Shown here: one piece after another, positions 40,475 through 50,442 of the stretch
How the letters are laid out: each line of letters begins with the position of its first letter
Numbering within the stretch: the first letter of the stretch is position 1
DNA from: an uncultured cyanobacterium
GTDB taxonomy: Bacteria > Cyanobacteriota > Cyanobacteriia > Cyanobacteriales > Geitlerinemataceae
NCBI GenBank assembly: GCA_963838375.1
Contig: CAWIQY010000021.1
Span: 308,955-372,954, forward strand
Length of the DNA: 64,000 nt
Direction: 5' to 3'
The notes under the pieces: generated by a model
Database searches by the model: none
The model's input: the letters and a program-made list of their open reading frames with translations, nothing else
Told to the model about the DNA's origin: nothing
Position numbers and translations under genes: made by a program

Positions 40475-40957
40475 TCATTCTTCTGAGTTCTTATAAGAGC
40501 GCAAGGACTCTCGTCCGAGCATTATCAAACCCGCCACCCCCAAACTGGCAAACCCTGCGTAGGGATACCAATATTCGTTCACCAAAGCCACCCAGTCGAA
40601 TTCTGGATGGAGGGCACGGGTATAGAGCAGTAAAAAAACTAAGCCCAACGCTCCAAAACCGACACAGGTCAATCCGGCTTGAATGCGAGGATTTCGGAGT
40701 TCGCGATCGCTAACGGAACGCCAGAGAAACGCTATCCGAGCCGATCGAGTGGATACGGGTTTCGAGTCATTTTCCCAGATCTCGACCGACCCGAGAGGGG
40801 AAAACACGGCATCTGTCGATTCTGGCAGCTTTAGATTCAGCGTGGACGGCGTTTTTTTGTCGGTTAAAGATAACGGTACAGGCGGTTCGGCAAATTCCAG
40901 AGTTTCGGCTCGAGTTTCGGTCAGACTTGGGACAGTGGGTTGGGGTTCGATCTCCAT
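40475..40957 (-). CDS. Hypothetical membrane protein (two C-terminal TM helices), first gene of the pentapeptide-repeat operon
   Basis: 160 aa. Hydrophobic segments are GLTCVGFGALGLVFLLLY and FASLGVAGLIML. It ends 28 nt before the next start. Confidence 0.4.
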   Translation of the reverse strand: MEIEPQPTVPSLTETRAETLEFAEPPVPLSLTDKKTPSTLNLKLPESTDAVFSPLGSVEIWENDSKPVSTRSARIAFLWRSVSDRELRNPRIQAGLTCVGFGALGLVFLLLYTRALHPEFDWVALVNEYWYPYAGFASLGVAGLIMLGRESLRSYKNSEE

Positions 40958-41313
40958 AAAATTGAGAGCGATCGCGATTCGAGGTTTTGAATGGATGCAA
41001 AAACAGAAGAATCCTGTTTACTTTCCATTCTAAGTAGGCATACCCCGAGATTGCCAACCTTTTATATCAAACCCAAGCCATTCCTAAACTCCAAAGTCGT
41101 CGCGGCGCCAATATTACAACTGAGGTGGTCAGGGGATTCTGACGTGCGGCAGCAAAGACAAATCTCTAGGACTTACACAAAGCCGCACTATCTAGCCTCT
41201 TCTAGGGGCAAAGCGAAGCAGAGCGAATCCCCCTGTACTTCGCTTTGCCCCTACCTCGCTCTGCCGTTGCGAAAGTCCTGTGGATCGAAGATTTTCTCCC
41301 GCAGTTACTCGTT

Positions 41314-41664
<351 letters not shown>

Positions 41665-41726
41665 TTAATTGCTAATGACTTGAGCGGTATTGCACATTTA
41701 GTACCACTGAGAACTGTGCATCTTGT

Positions 41727-41740
41727 GTAACCGATTATAC
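41727..41740 (-). promoter_or_regulatory. Putative NtcA binding site GTATAATCGGTTAC (GTA-N8-TAC) upstream of glnB
   Basis: The palindromic GTAN8TAC motif is read on the minus strand about 75 nt upstream of the glnB GTG. A weak -10-like TACTAA lies 22 nt downstream. Confidence 0.35.
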
Positions 41741-41920
41741 GTTGTGCTGTCTTTTTGTCGGTTTGTGTTTCCCCGAACCGATGTGTCGAGCTTAACTTCG
41801 ACGATTTACAGAAAAAAAGGGTCGTCTACGATCGACTCACCTCTGTTTAGTCCATCTGAGATGGTAGACCACCGATTGTTAAAGTTACACAGCGTTCTGA
41901 CAGAGCGTGCTAACAGAGTT

Positions 41921-42658
41921 TTAACACGCCAATGGTGCTAATCCGAGATAGCGAATTCCCTCCGGCGTCACTTCAAACCGACATGGCAAAATTTCTACAC
42001 CCCGATCGATCGCCTCTCGAAAAAGCTGACCGTACATGGGATCGGCAGTATCGCCGGGAGAAAAGTAATGACAGTCACCCCGATTAATAAAATACAGCAT
42101 CACCGATCGACACTGAGGAACGATCGTCATCAATTCTTGCAAATGCTTTTGTCCGCGAGTGGTCACCGTATCGGGAAACAGTGCCAATTCCCCATCGGCC
42201 CAAGTCGTATTTTTCACCTCAACATAGATGGGTCGATCTCCCTCTTCCCGCCACAATACAAAATCAATCCGACTTTTTCGATCTTGTCCGTAAACCACCT
42301 CTGGCTGAACGCGGCTGTAGCTTCCCAACTCCGGAATCAGCCGTTCCTCGAGCATTTTCTTCACGACGCGATTGGGGATGGCGGTATTGATTCCTACCCA
42401 AGTTCGCGGCGTGTCGCGCATTTGAATCAATTCCCACGTGTAGGGATACTTGCGCTTGGGATCGGCGTGACAAGACAACAGGACAGGACTACAAGGCTCG
42501 CTCACGCCGATCATCGGTCCGGTATTGGGACAGTGCGCCGTGACGATATCGCCGTTGACCAATTCTACATCGGCGAGAAAGCGTTTGTAGCGTTTGACCA
42601 ACGTGCCGGAAACTAGTAGGGGAAATTTGTAGATGAAGTCTTTCATGGAAACAACCAA
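41921..42658 (-). CDS. sfsA: Sugar fermentation stimulation protein A homologue
   Basis: 245 aa. The N-terminus GTLVKRYKRFLADVEL matches SfsA, and the C-terminal nuclease-like fold is present. Confidence 0.88.
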   Translation of the reverse strand: MVVSMKDFIYKFPLLVSGTLVKRYKRFLADVELVNGDIVTAHCPNTGPMIGVSEPCSPVLLSCHADPKRKYPYTWELIQMRDTPRTWVGINTAIPNRVVKKMLEERLIPELGSYSRVQPEVVYGQDRKSRIDFVLWREEGDRPIYVEVKNTTWADGELALFPDTVTTRGQKHLQELMTIVPQCRSVMLYFINRGDCHYFSPGDTADPMYGQLFREAIDRGVEILPCRFEVTPEGIRYLGLAPLAC

Positions 42659-42674
42659 GGTGGATAGAGGCGTT

Positions 42675-42719
42675 CAGGAGTTGCAGGAGTTGCAGGAGTT
42701 GCAGGAGTTGCAGGAGTTC
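42675..42719. repeat. Tandem repeat, 9-bp unit CAGGAGTTG x5, immediately upstream of the sfsA start; followed by an AAAGGC-type repeat and C-rich ccccgcaccc repeats up to ~42820
   Basis: Read directly as caggagttg caggagttg caggagttg caggagttg caggagttc. Confidence 0.9.
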
Positions 42720-42842
42720 AAAAGGCAAAAGGCAAAAGGGCAAGGGTAATATTTTTACTCCCTACCCCGCACCCCGAATTCCGTACCCCGCACCCTGCAC
42801 CCCACACTCCCAAAGAAATTCCCTCAACAAAAGGGTCAAAGG

Positions 42843-44500
42843 TTGCGGTTAAATGTTGGAGAAACCTTTATTTATTCTTCAGCATTTGTGTCTCGAGATC
42901 GAAATGCTTCTCGTTCCCTAGCGGGAATTGCCGGAATCGTCGCCGTTGCCACCTTAATCAGCAAGGTATTCGGTTTGGTGCGCCAGCAAGCGATCGCGGC
43001 TGCCTTTGGCGTCGGCGCGGTTGTAGATGCCTACAACTACGCTTACATCGTTCCCGGTTTCTTGCTGGTACTCCTCGGTGGCATCAACGGACCTTTCCAC
43101 AGCGCCATCGTCAGCGTCCTCGCCAAACGCGATCGAACCCAATCTGCACCCATTGTCGAAACGATTACGACCCTGATCGGCTCAATTTTGTTGGTGGTGA
43201 CGTTTGGCTTAATTTTACTCGCAGGTCCCATTATCGATCTAGTTGCGCCGGGATTAGGCGCCACGGACGCCGGACCTCAAATTCGGACGATCGCCATCCA
43301 ACAACTTCAAATTATGGCACCGATGGCGCTATTTGCGGGTTGGATCGGCATCGGCTTCGGAACGCTCAACGCGGCGGATATGTACTGGCTGCCATCCATC
43401 AGTCCTTTGCTATCCAGTGTGGCGCTCATTAGCGGCTTGGGAGTGCTGGCGTTGCAATTGGGGGAAAAAGTCACCCTACCGGAATATGCCTTGCTAGGTG
43501 GCATGGTGTTGGCATGGGGAACCCTGATCGGTGCGGCGCTGCAATGGGTGGTACAAGGCGTGGCACAATGGCGATCGGGATTAGGAACCCTACGTCTGCG
43601 CTTCGATTTTCGCCGTCCGGAAGTCAAGGAAGTCCTCAATGTCTTGCGCTGGCGACGTTTTCCTCGGGGATGATGCAAATTAACGTCTATACGGATTTGT
43701 GGTTTGCTTCGTTTATCCCCCAAACAGCCTCGGCTTTGGGGTATGCCGGGTTGTTGGTACAAACGCCGTTGGGTATCCTCTCCAATGCGATTTTGGTGCC
43801 GATGATGCCTGTTTTTTCCCGCCTCGCCGATCCCAACAATTGGGAGGAGTTGAAGCAGCGCATTCGCCAGGGATTGATGCTGACGGCACTGACGATGTTG
43901 CCGTTGGGGGCACTGATGATGGCGCTGGCAAAACCGATCGTGCGGGTGGTGTACGAACGCTATGCTTTCGATCTCGAAGCCTCTAAGTTTGTGGCTGAGA
44001 TGCTGGTGGCGTATGGGTTGGGAATGTTTGTCTATCTGGCGCGAGATGTATTGGTACGGGTGTTTTACGCTTTGGGAGACGGTACGACGCCGTTTCGCGT
44101 TAGCGTTGTCAATATTTTTCTCAATGCCGTATTGGATGCGATCTTTATTAACACGTTCGGTGCGCCGGGTTTGATTTTGGCGACGGTGGGGGTCAATTTT
44201 GTCTCGACGATCGCGCTTTATGTTCTACTCGATCGCAAAATTAATGGATTACCGTTCTGGGAATGGCTCGAACCGATCGCTATACTCACTCTGATTAGTT
44301 TTGTTGCCGGGGTTTTTGGTCGGTTTGTGTTTTGGTGTACTCAAAATGTTTTTGGTACGGAAGGATTTCTTATTCTGTTATTGGAACTGTGTCTCGGTGG
44401 ATTTGCCGGGTTGGGAGTTTTTGCACTACTGGTTGTGCGGTTGCCGATTCCGGAAGTTGAGCTGTTGGTGGAACGTCTTCGCCAGAAGTTTTTGAAATAA
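42843..44500 (+). CDS. murJ: Lipid II flippase MurJ (MviN), with an apparent single-base frameshift near 43650-43660
   Basis: The N-terminal frame (42843-43673) and the C-terminal frame (43514-44500) are both MurJ-like. Inserting one G after 'ctcaatgtcttg' restores ...EVLNVLALATFSSGMMQINVYTDL... Confidence 0.85.
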
Positions 44501-44620
44501 TTGAAGGTTGAGGTTTCTTTTTTGTGGGTATATGAAGCTTGATCGACTGTCACAGATCAGTCCGCAAGTCTCAAAACTTTCGCCATACTAAATTCAACCA
44601 CTTTTGAGAAGGTATTTGAG

Positions 44621-45412
44621 ATGAGCCAGAATTTCGATCGAAATGTTGGCAATTTTGGTGTTTTCACCATTATCCTAGTTCTGTTGGTGTTACTGACTTT
44701 TGGAATTTTACAAGGACTGCATATTCCCACTGGCAATTTTGTGGATTGGATCGTGGGAACGGCTAGTTTTTGGTGGCTGATCTTAATTGTTACCGTCCCT
44801 TGGAATATTCATTTTGGGGCGAAGGCGGTTTTGGCTCAGGCAGCGGAATCGAAGCAGAAAAACATCACCGTAGACGATGGAAAATTGCAGTATGTGGCGA
44901 AACTGGCGCGTCGATCGTTTTGGGCTGCTTTTTTCCTCCATTTGATTTCGGCTGTGGGGTTATATGCTTTGGCAACGACAGGAATCAGCGCGATCGGTTA
45001 TGTCAGTTCAGGGGCGGCTTTACTATTCACTGCCGTTCGACCGACGATCGCATTTTATCAGTATCTTGCCGGACGATTACGCAATATTGGTCGAGAATTC
45101 TACTATCCTCGCGAAGATATTGTCGAACTCCGCAGTCGCGTCATAAATTTGGAGGAAATTGCCCGACGTTTAGACTACCAACTTGATGGCGACAAACCCG
45201 ATTCTTTTGCCACCAATCTACAACGAGAATCTGATTCTCTGCGCCGCGATCTCTCTCGTTTGGCAACCGCACACGAAGATCTAAAAGCGACGAATCAAGC
45301 CGAACACGATCGACTTTCCAGAGAAGCCAAAAATGCGATCGCCCAACTGAGTGAAGATAGTCGATTCCTCGACAATGTGCGGGAAATTATTCGCTTTTTC
45401 AAAACGGCATAA
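44621..45412 (+). CDS. Hypothetical membrane protein with C-terminal coiled coil
   Basis: 263 aa with four predicted TM helices followed by a charged helical tail (RSRVINLEEIARRLDYQLDGDK...). Confidence 0.4.
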   Translation: MSQNFDRNVGNFGVFTIILVLLVLLTFGILQGLHIPTGNFVDWIVGTASFWWLILIVTVPWNIHFGAKAVLAQAAESKQKNITVDDGKLQYVAKLARRSFWAAFFLHLISAVGLYALATTGISAIGYVSSGAALLFTAVRPTIAFYQYLAGRLRNIGREFYYPREDIVELRSRVINLEEIARRLDYQLDGDKPDSFATNLQRESDSLRRDLSRLATAHEDLKATNQAEHDRLSREAKNAIAQLSEDSRFLDNVREIIRFFKTA

Positions 45413-45861
45413 CGGTCAAGAAAAGGAAAAAAATAGGGCAGCTTCCAACTAAAAAATAGCGAAACTACCCTATACGTTATTGACTGTTACCCCCACCCTC
45501 TACAGGTTGACCCCAAAAAGAGGAACTCAGAAGAGGGTGCAGATTATCGAGAGTATAGAAAACGACATTATAGTCGTTTTTGGGTCTATGCGAGATTCAA
45601 ATGAACAAGAAATGCAACCCTGATGGCTTTAGGAGTTTCAACTCCGTAAACTCACTGAGAGTATAGCATCATTTTTGGGAAACTGGCAAGGGGTCTCTCA
45701 GTATTTTCACTCAAGTTTTGATTGGAGGTGTGGCAAAAGCACTGAAAACACTGAGAGAGCGGACAAGCCGCAACGATCGACATTTCCCGACTGTGCCAAA
45801 CCTGAGTTTAACCGTGCCACAAGTGGGCTAGGATGACAAGAGAGTTTTAGAAAAAGAACAC

Positions 45862-47571
45862 ATGGTGTCAAGGGATGCGCGGCGAGACAGCACGGGAGAT
45901 CCCCCACAGGAAGCCCAACAGGTTTTGAACGCTTTAACTCAAGAACTCAAAAATCTCCAACAAGACGTCGTCGTTGGGCTCGCTCAAGATGTGGCACGGC
46001 TGCAAAGCGAGAAGTCTCGCTTAATCCGCGAGATCCAAGCTCTGCAAGAGCGCCGACCCCCATTTCCTGGAGATCTGGCAAAAGAACCGAGCGAAAATGT
46101 TTCGTCTCCAAACTTCGACGATCAACAACAGTGGACTCGGCACCTGGCGCAATCCATCGCTTCTCGCCTGCACGAGCAACTTGCCCAACCGAGAGAAGAC
46201 TCGATCTCAGCATCCCGGAGCGATCGACACACAGCTCTCGATGGCAGCCTCAACACCAGCTATCACCAGCTCGAAGGCGATCTTGCCGATCGTCGCAGCG
46301 CACTATCCCAACAATTGCAGCGGATGGAAAATCTCCAACAGCAAGGAGAAGCCATTTTAACCGCTCTGATCGATCGCATGAGCGAAAACCTCCACAGCCC
46401 TGGCGAGGAGGTCGGGTTGCTACCGGAAACGGTGGATACGCCCTTGTCGTCGCCACCTCTGCCTCTTCCCTCCCCATCGTCGATCGATGTACCGTCAGCA
46501 TTGGCATCGTCGGTGACATCACCACCCCCCCAAACTCCCCCCAAAGCCCGAATCTTTGTCCGTAAAGGATTAGTTCTCGCATTCTTTTCCACCGCTCTTC
46601 TAGCCCTGTTTAACCTCAGTATCAAACTGATTTTTCAGGAAAGCACCCCCTTCGGTCAGAGCCAATGGGCAAGCTGGAGCGGCATTCTCGATCCCAGTTG
46701 GAGTAATGTCGTGTTCGTTTCGTTCTTGCGGATGGCGATGCTCATGCTGCTCGTGCCGGGGATCGCTCGGTGGCTGTATCCCTCATTCTGGCAGGATCTC
46801 CGACAATTGATGAGCCCCAGAAACCGCACCCTTCAAGGAAAAGTTTTCGGCAGTGGGGTTTGCCTGTTTCTCTCCCAAATTCTGGTCTACAAAGCGATCG
46901 GGCAAATTCCCACCGCTGTTGCCATTAGTTTATTCTTTATTTTTCCCGTTCTGACAATTCTCACCGGGTGGGTCTTTTTTGGCGATCGTCCCACTCCTCT
47001 GCGCTGGGCGATCGGTACGATCGTCCTGTTGGGCTGTCTATTCTGCCTGCCGAACTGGGGCGTACCGGGTAGTGCCAGCGACTTTACAGAGGGAACTTTC
47101 ACGGCGATCGTCGCTGGGGTCGCCTTCGCTGGATACGTCTGTTTCGCTCAACTGTGTGGCAAAAACTTGCATCCGATATCCTTCAGTTTTGTCAACTTTG
47201 CGATCGCTTTTGTCCTGTCTGGAATCGCTCTACTGGCAGCATCGAGCGCGGGTAGCACGATCGACGTTCCCGGCGGACGGGAGTGGACGCTGCTTGGGTG
47301 GGGCGTCGGGTTGGGCATTCTCTCCGGACTGAGCTACATCTTAAATACCCTTGCCATTCGATATTCTGGAGCAACGCTAAGTTCGATCGTCGGGGCAAGC
47401 GTACCCATACTTACAGCCCTATTTGGCTGGTCGATCGTCAACGAGCCATTACAAAACAACCAAATCTTCGGTATCGTCTTAGTCACTATCGGTGCCATCG
47501 GTCTGAGTTTAGAAAGACTCTTTCAGTCGAAACAAAACTCAAAACATCGATCTCCGAACGGTTCTGGCTAA
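45862..47571 (+). CDS. DMT-superfamily (tandem EamA) transporter with a ~230-aa Pro/Ser-rich coiled-coil N-terminal extension
   Basis: 569 aa. The C-terminal ~320 aa contain about 10 TM helices in two EamA-like halves. The N-terminus is a predicted coiled coil (LKNLQQDVVVGLAQDVARLQSEKSRLIREIQALQE) followed by a PLSSPPLPLPSPSS linker. Confidence 0.65.
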   Translation: MVSRDARRDSTGDPPQEAQQVLNALTQELKNLQQDVVVGLAQDVARLQSEKSRLIREIQALQERRPPFPGDLAKEPSENVSSPNFDDQQQWTRHLAQSIASRLHEQLAQPREDSISASRSDRHTALDGSLNTSYHQLEGDLADRRSALSQQLQRMENLQQQGEAILTALIDRMSENLHSPGEEVGLLPETVDTPLSSPPLPLPSPSSIDVPSALASSVTSPPPQTPPKARIFVRKGLVLAFFSTALLALFNLSIKLIFQESTPFGQSQWASWSGILDPSWSNVVFVSFLRMAMLMLLVPGIARWLYPSFWQDLRQLMSPRNRTLQGKVFGSGVCLFLSQILVYKAIGQIPTAVAISLFFIFPVLTILTGWVFFGDRPTPLRWAIGTIVLLGCLFCLPNWGVPGSASDFTEGTFTAIVAGVAFAGYVCFAQLCGKNLHPISFSFVNFAIAFVLSGIALLAASSAGSTIDVPGGREWTLLGWGVGLGILSGLSYILNTLAIRYSGATLSSIVGASVPILTALFGWSIVNEPLQNNQIFGIVLVTIGAIGLSLERLFQSKQNSKHRSPNGSG

Positions 47572-48533
47572 CCATCAACCACCTTGGCAGCACCTTGCCA
47601 GTGTTCGTCCAAATACGCCAATCCAGCACCGCCGACTTCCGCAAGAATGCTCACCACTCGGTAGATCGCCACCGCACTCAAAAGCTCGCCGGAGGAAAAG
47701 CTACCATCGAGCAGCGCCAGAACAGCCACCTCGAACACGCCTAACCCCCCAGGTGCTCCCGGCAGAATCAGACCCAGCAACCACGCCAGACTAAAAGCAC
47801 CGACAAGCTGGGGCAATCGCTCGAGGCTGATAGAACCCACCGCTGAGACAATCAGAACAAACCCCACCCCGCGCCACAGAACAAAACCCAGTTCCCCCAA
47901 CCAGGGGAGTAAAGGGTAGCGGCGCATCTGGCAGGTGTTTTTTTGAGGTTCCTTGTCTCGGAACGCTTTTGATTTGAGAACGCTCAGTCGTCCGGCAACC
48001 GGACTGAGAATCCGGGGATGAATGCTGATGGCAACCGCAACCAAACCGAGTGCTTGCCATTGCCAATTCTGGAAATCCGCGATCGAAAACGCCACCAGCA
48101 ATGCTGATGCAGCCATGAGCAGTGCTTCGAGAACGACGCTCAACGTTGCCGTTTCCACAGAAATGCCGGCTTTCCGTGCCGCCCCAATGCGTCGATAGAA
48201 ATGCCAGATATTTCCCGGCAAGTATTTGGCAATGTTAGTCTTGAGAAAGATTCGGGTTGCCCAACGGCGATCGGTTGTCGGATCGAACTCTTGGAGAATC
48301 CAACCCCAAACCCATCCCGCCCAGGTTTGTGCCACCAGCGTTCCCAGGAACGACAAACCCAGAAGCATCCAGTCTTGAGCCGAGAGCTGGATTTCTGCTA
48401 CATCTTGCCAGTTTTGTTTGAATGTTGAGACCAGAAAAAATAAGGTCGCTCCGAGTATTACCCAACGAATGTGGGGTTTCAGATGAGACAAGAGTTTAGT
48501 CATGGATGGCGATGGGGTTATAGGTTCAGTCAA
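47568..48533 (-). CDS. Lysylphosphatidylglycerol-synthase-TM-like (UPF0104, flippase-like) membrane protein
   Basis: 321 aa. The motif KYLPGNIWHFYRR and eight TM helices are typical of PF03706 proteins. Confidence 0.6.
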   Translation of the reverse strand: MTEPITPSPSMTKLLSHLKPHIRWVILGATLFFLVSTFKQNWQDVAEIQLSAQDWMLLGLSFLGTLVAQTWAGWVWGWILQEFDPTTDRRWATRIFLKTNIAKYLPGNIWHFYRRIGAARKAGISVETATLSVVLEALLMAASALLVAFSIADFQNWQWQALGLVAVAISIHPRILSPVAGRLSVLKSKAFRDKEPQKNTCQMRRYPLLPWLGELGFVLWRGVGFVLIVSAVGSISLERLPQLVGAFSLAWLLGLILPGAPGGLGVFEVAVLALLDGSFSSGELLSAVAIYRVVSILAEVGGAGLAYLDEHWQGAAKVVDG

Positions 48534-49131
48534 TTTATGGAGTCTAAGAACGAGGGCGGATCTCTACCAAGATCGATATGGGTGTCTCCACTCGAACTTT
48601 CCCTAAGTTCTGTGATGGCGGTACAATTTTATTAGTACTCTTTGACACTCCTGAGCTCTTATAGCGAGCGGATTTTTGATTCCACCAGTTCGCTGAGCTG
48701 AAAAAATTTTCAGTTTCTAACTCAGACATGGTTCTCTTTAAAAGCGTTACTTCAGGTATGCACTACCCTCATTTAATCTCTCCAAATCTTGTTGGACTTC
48801 AATACTTATTTGTCTAGTTTCCATCAATTTTGTACCAACTTCTAGGTAGAAACTAGAACTCTGAATTAGCACCCCATCGATTGGACTGTACAAATACAAC
48901 CTTAGTGTCTCGATTACTACATTTAAATCGAGCCGGTTGAATTCCTCATCCAGTTCTCATTATTGTAACCTCCACGAATGACAATGACCAGTTCTAAAGT
49001 TGACAATCTGAGACCATCTAACGAAGAATAGAGTCAGGCTTAATTTTCTGCAAAGTTTAAGCCAGAGTAACTGACCAAACTTTGAAGACACTAGATAAAA
49101 CTAAAAATTAACTAAGCTTCGCCCAAAAAGG

Positions 49132-49491
49132 GTGCAGATGAAAACCTCTTTCTTTAGTAAAAATATGGAACCCCCAAAACCTATCGTGACCGATAACTTT
49201 ATTGGAGATCCCAATCCCTGGTACGAATACAAAGATTGGAAAATATGGAATGTTCCCGAAAGCAATTATTTTGTTTGTATCCGGGATGATGCGGGTAAGG
49301 TGCTAGAGGTGGATCGAACGCTGCCGATTTCTCACATCGTTCGCACGCTCGAACAAGTTCTCGACGATCGAGATCAGACGCCTTCAGAGTCTTGGCAGCA
49401 AATACGCCAAATTGTTGCCGAGCGAAAGGCGGCATTCTGGACAAATTTACTCAATGCAGCTCGAACTCAAAGCTCGAACGGCGATCCCTAA
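49132..49491 (+). CDS. Hypothetical protein (119 aa)
   Basis: The ORF sits in an AT-richer segment and I could assign no family. Confidence 0.3.
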   Translation: MQMKTSFFSKNMEPPKPIVTDNFIGDPNPWYEYKDWKIWNVPESNYFVCIRDDAGKVLEVDRTLPISHIVRTLEQVLDDRDQTPSESWQQIRQIVAERKAAFWTNLLNAARTQSSNGDP

Positions 49492-50442
49492 AACCGTCAT
49501 CGATGAATCGTGACGTTTAACCTACACCCCTTGACGAACAAAGTCTCTAGTCAAAGTAGGGGGGACTCCCGACAGGTGATGTCCCAAATGCTTTGCCTTG
49601 TCTATCCAAAACTCTGTATCTCAGATTTATCTTACTACAAGCCCAGAATTTTCTAGCTATGGGGAAGGGGAAGTTTTGAGAATAAACCTGAAGTTAGAGC
49701 CGATGCCGCATCGAGATAGAGTTCGATCGCTTGAATGTGTGCGATCGAGCTATTCGCCGGCACGTGCGGCAAGACAGTCGTTTGATTGCCACTTGGAGCC
49801 GCTCTCGTTGGGGGGTTTGAGTCGATCGATCGCCGGGAAAAAATTCCCAGAACTGCCCATAATTTACTCGCTCGTCGCATAAATCGGTTCTCAACTTGTC
49901 ACAAAATGGCAACGCTCCCCCGAGTAAATCGTCCAGACACAGATCTCGTCGGACTGAATAAATAAATAAGAACGTTTCTGGAAGAAAATAGGCAAGATGA
50001 ACTTGAAAATCTCAAATGGTAATATGTCTCGGGTTGGTGACGATCGACAAAGGATCGCCATTTCAATTCCCCAAACTCGAAGAAGGTCGATCGATGTCCC
50101 GTTTTGGATTGTCCTAACAGCTTTACCCATCTTGCTGCTGGGGATGCCAGCTCGGGCAGTCGATCGCCTTTCTTCGACTATTTCTCCTAATATTGTCAGT
50201 TCTCTTCCCCAGATCGCGGCAACCGGTGACGAGAACGTTCTCTTTCCTACGCCAATATCTGCCAGAAGCGAAGATGACGATAAGTGCATTTGGTTAGGCG
50301 TCTGTAATTAAACAACTTGGACTTCAGATTCGGTCTGCGAGATTGGCTAGTCCGAGTTATCGCGATCGCCAATGCAATTTCAGGAAAATAGGGAAAATGT
50401 GATGTATTAAAATTAAGGCAGCTCGGAAAGAAGATCGCCGGG

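Noticed and set aside
37978-40486. Long + strand ORFs (37978-38400, 39911-40486) rich in A/K/S/R/L
   Set aside because: They are antisense reading frames of the minus-strand pentapeptide-repeat genes. Pentapeptide periodicity creates long open frames on the opposite strand, and they show no independent signals.
49891-50311. Overlapping opposite-strand ORFs (132 aa minus; 104 aa plus with one hydrophobic helix)
   Set aside because: Neither shows family similarity or convincing start signals, and they lie in an AT-rich segment. It is ambiguous which, if either, is coding.
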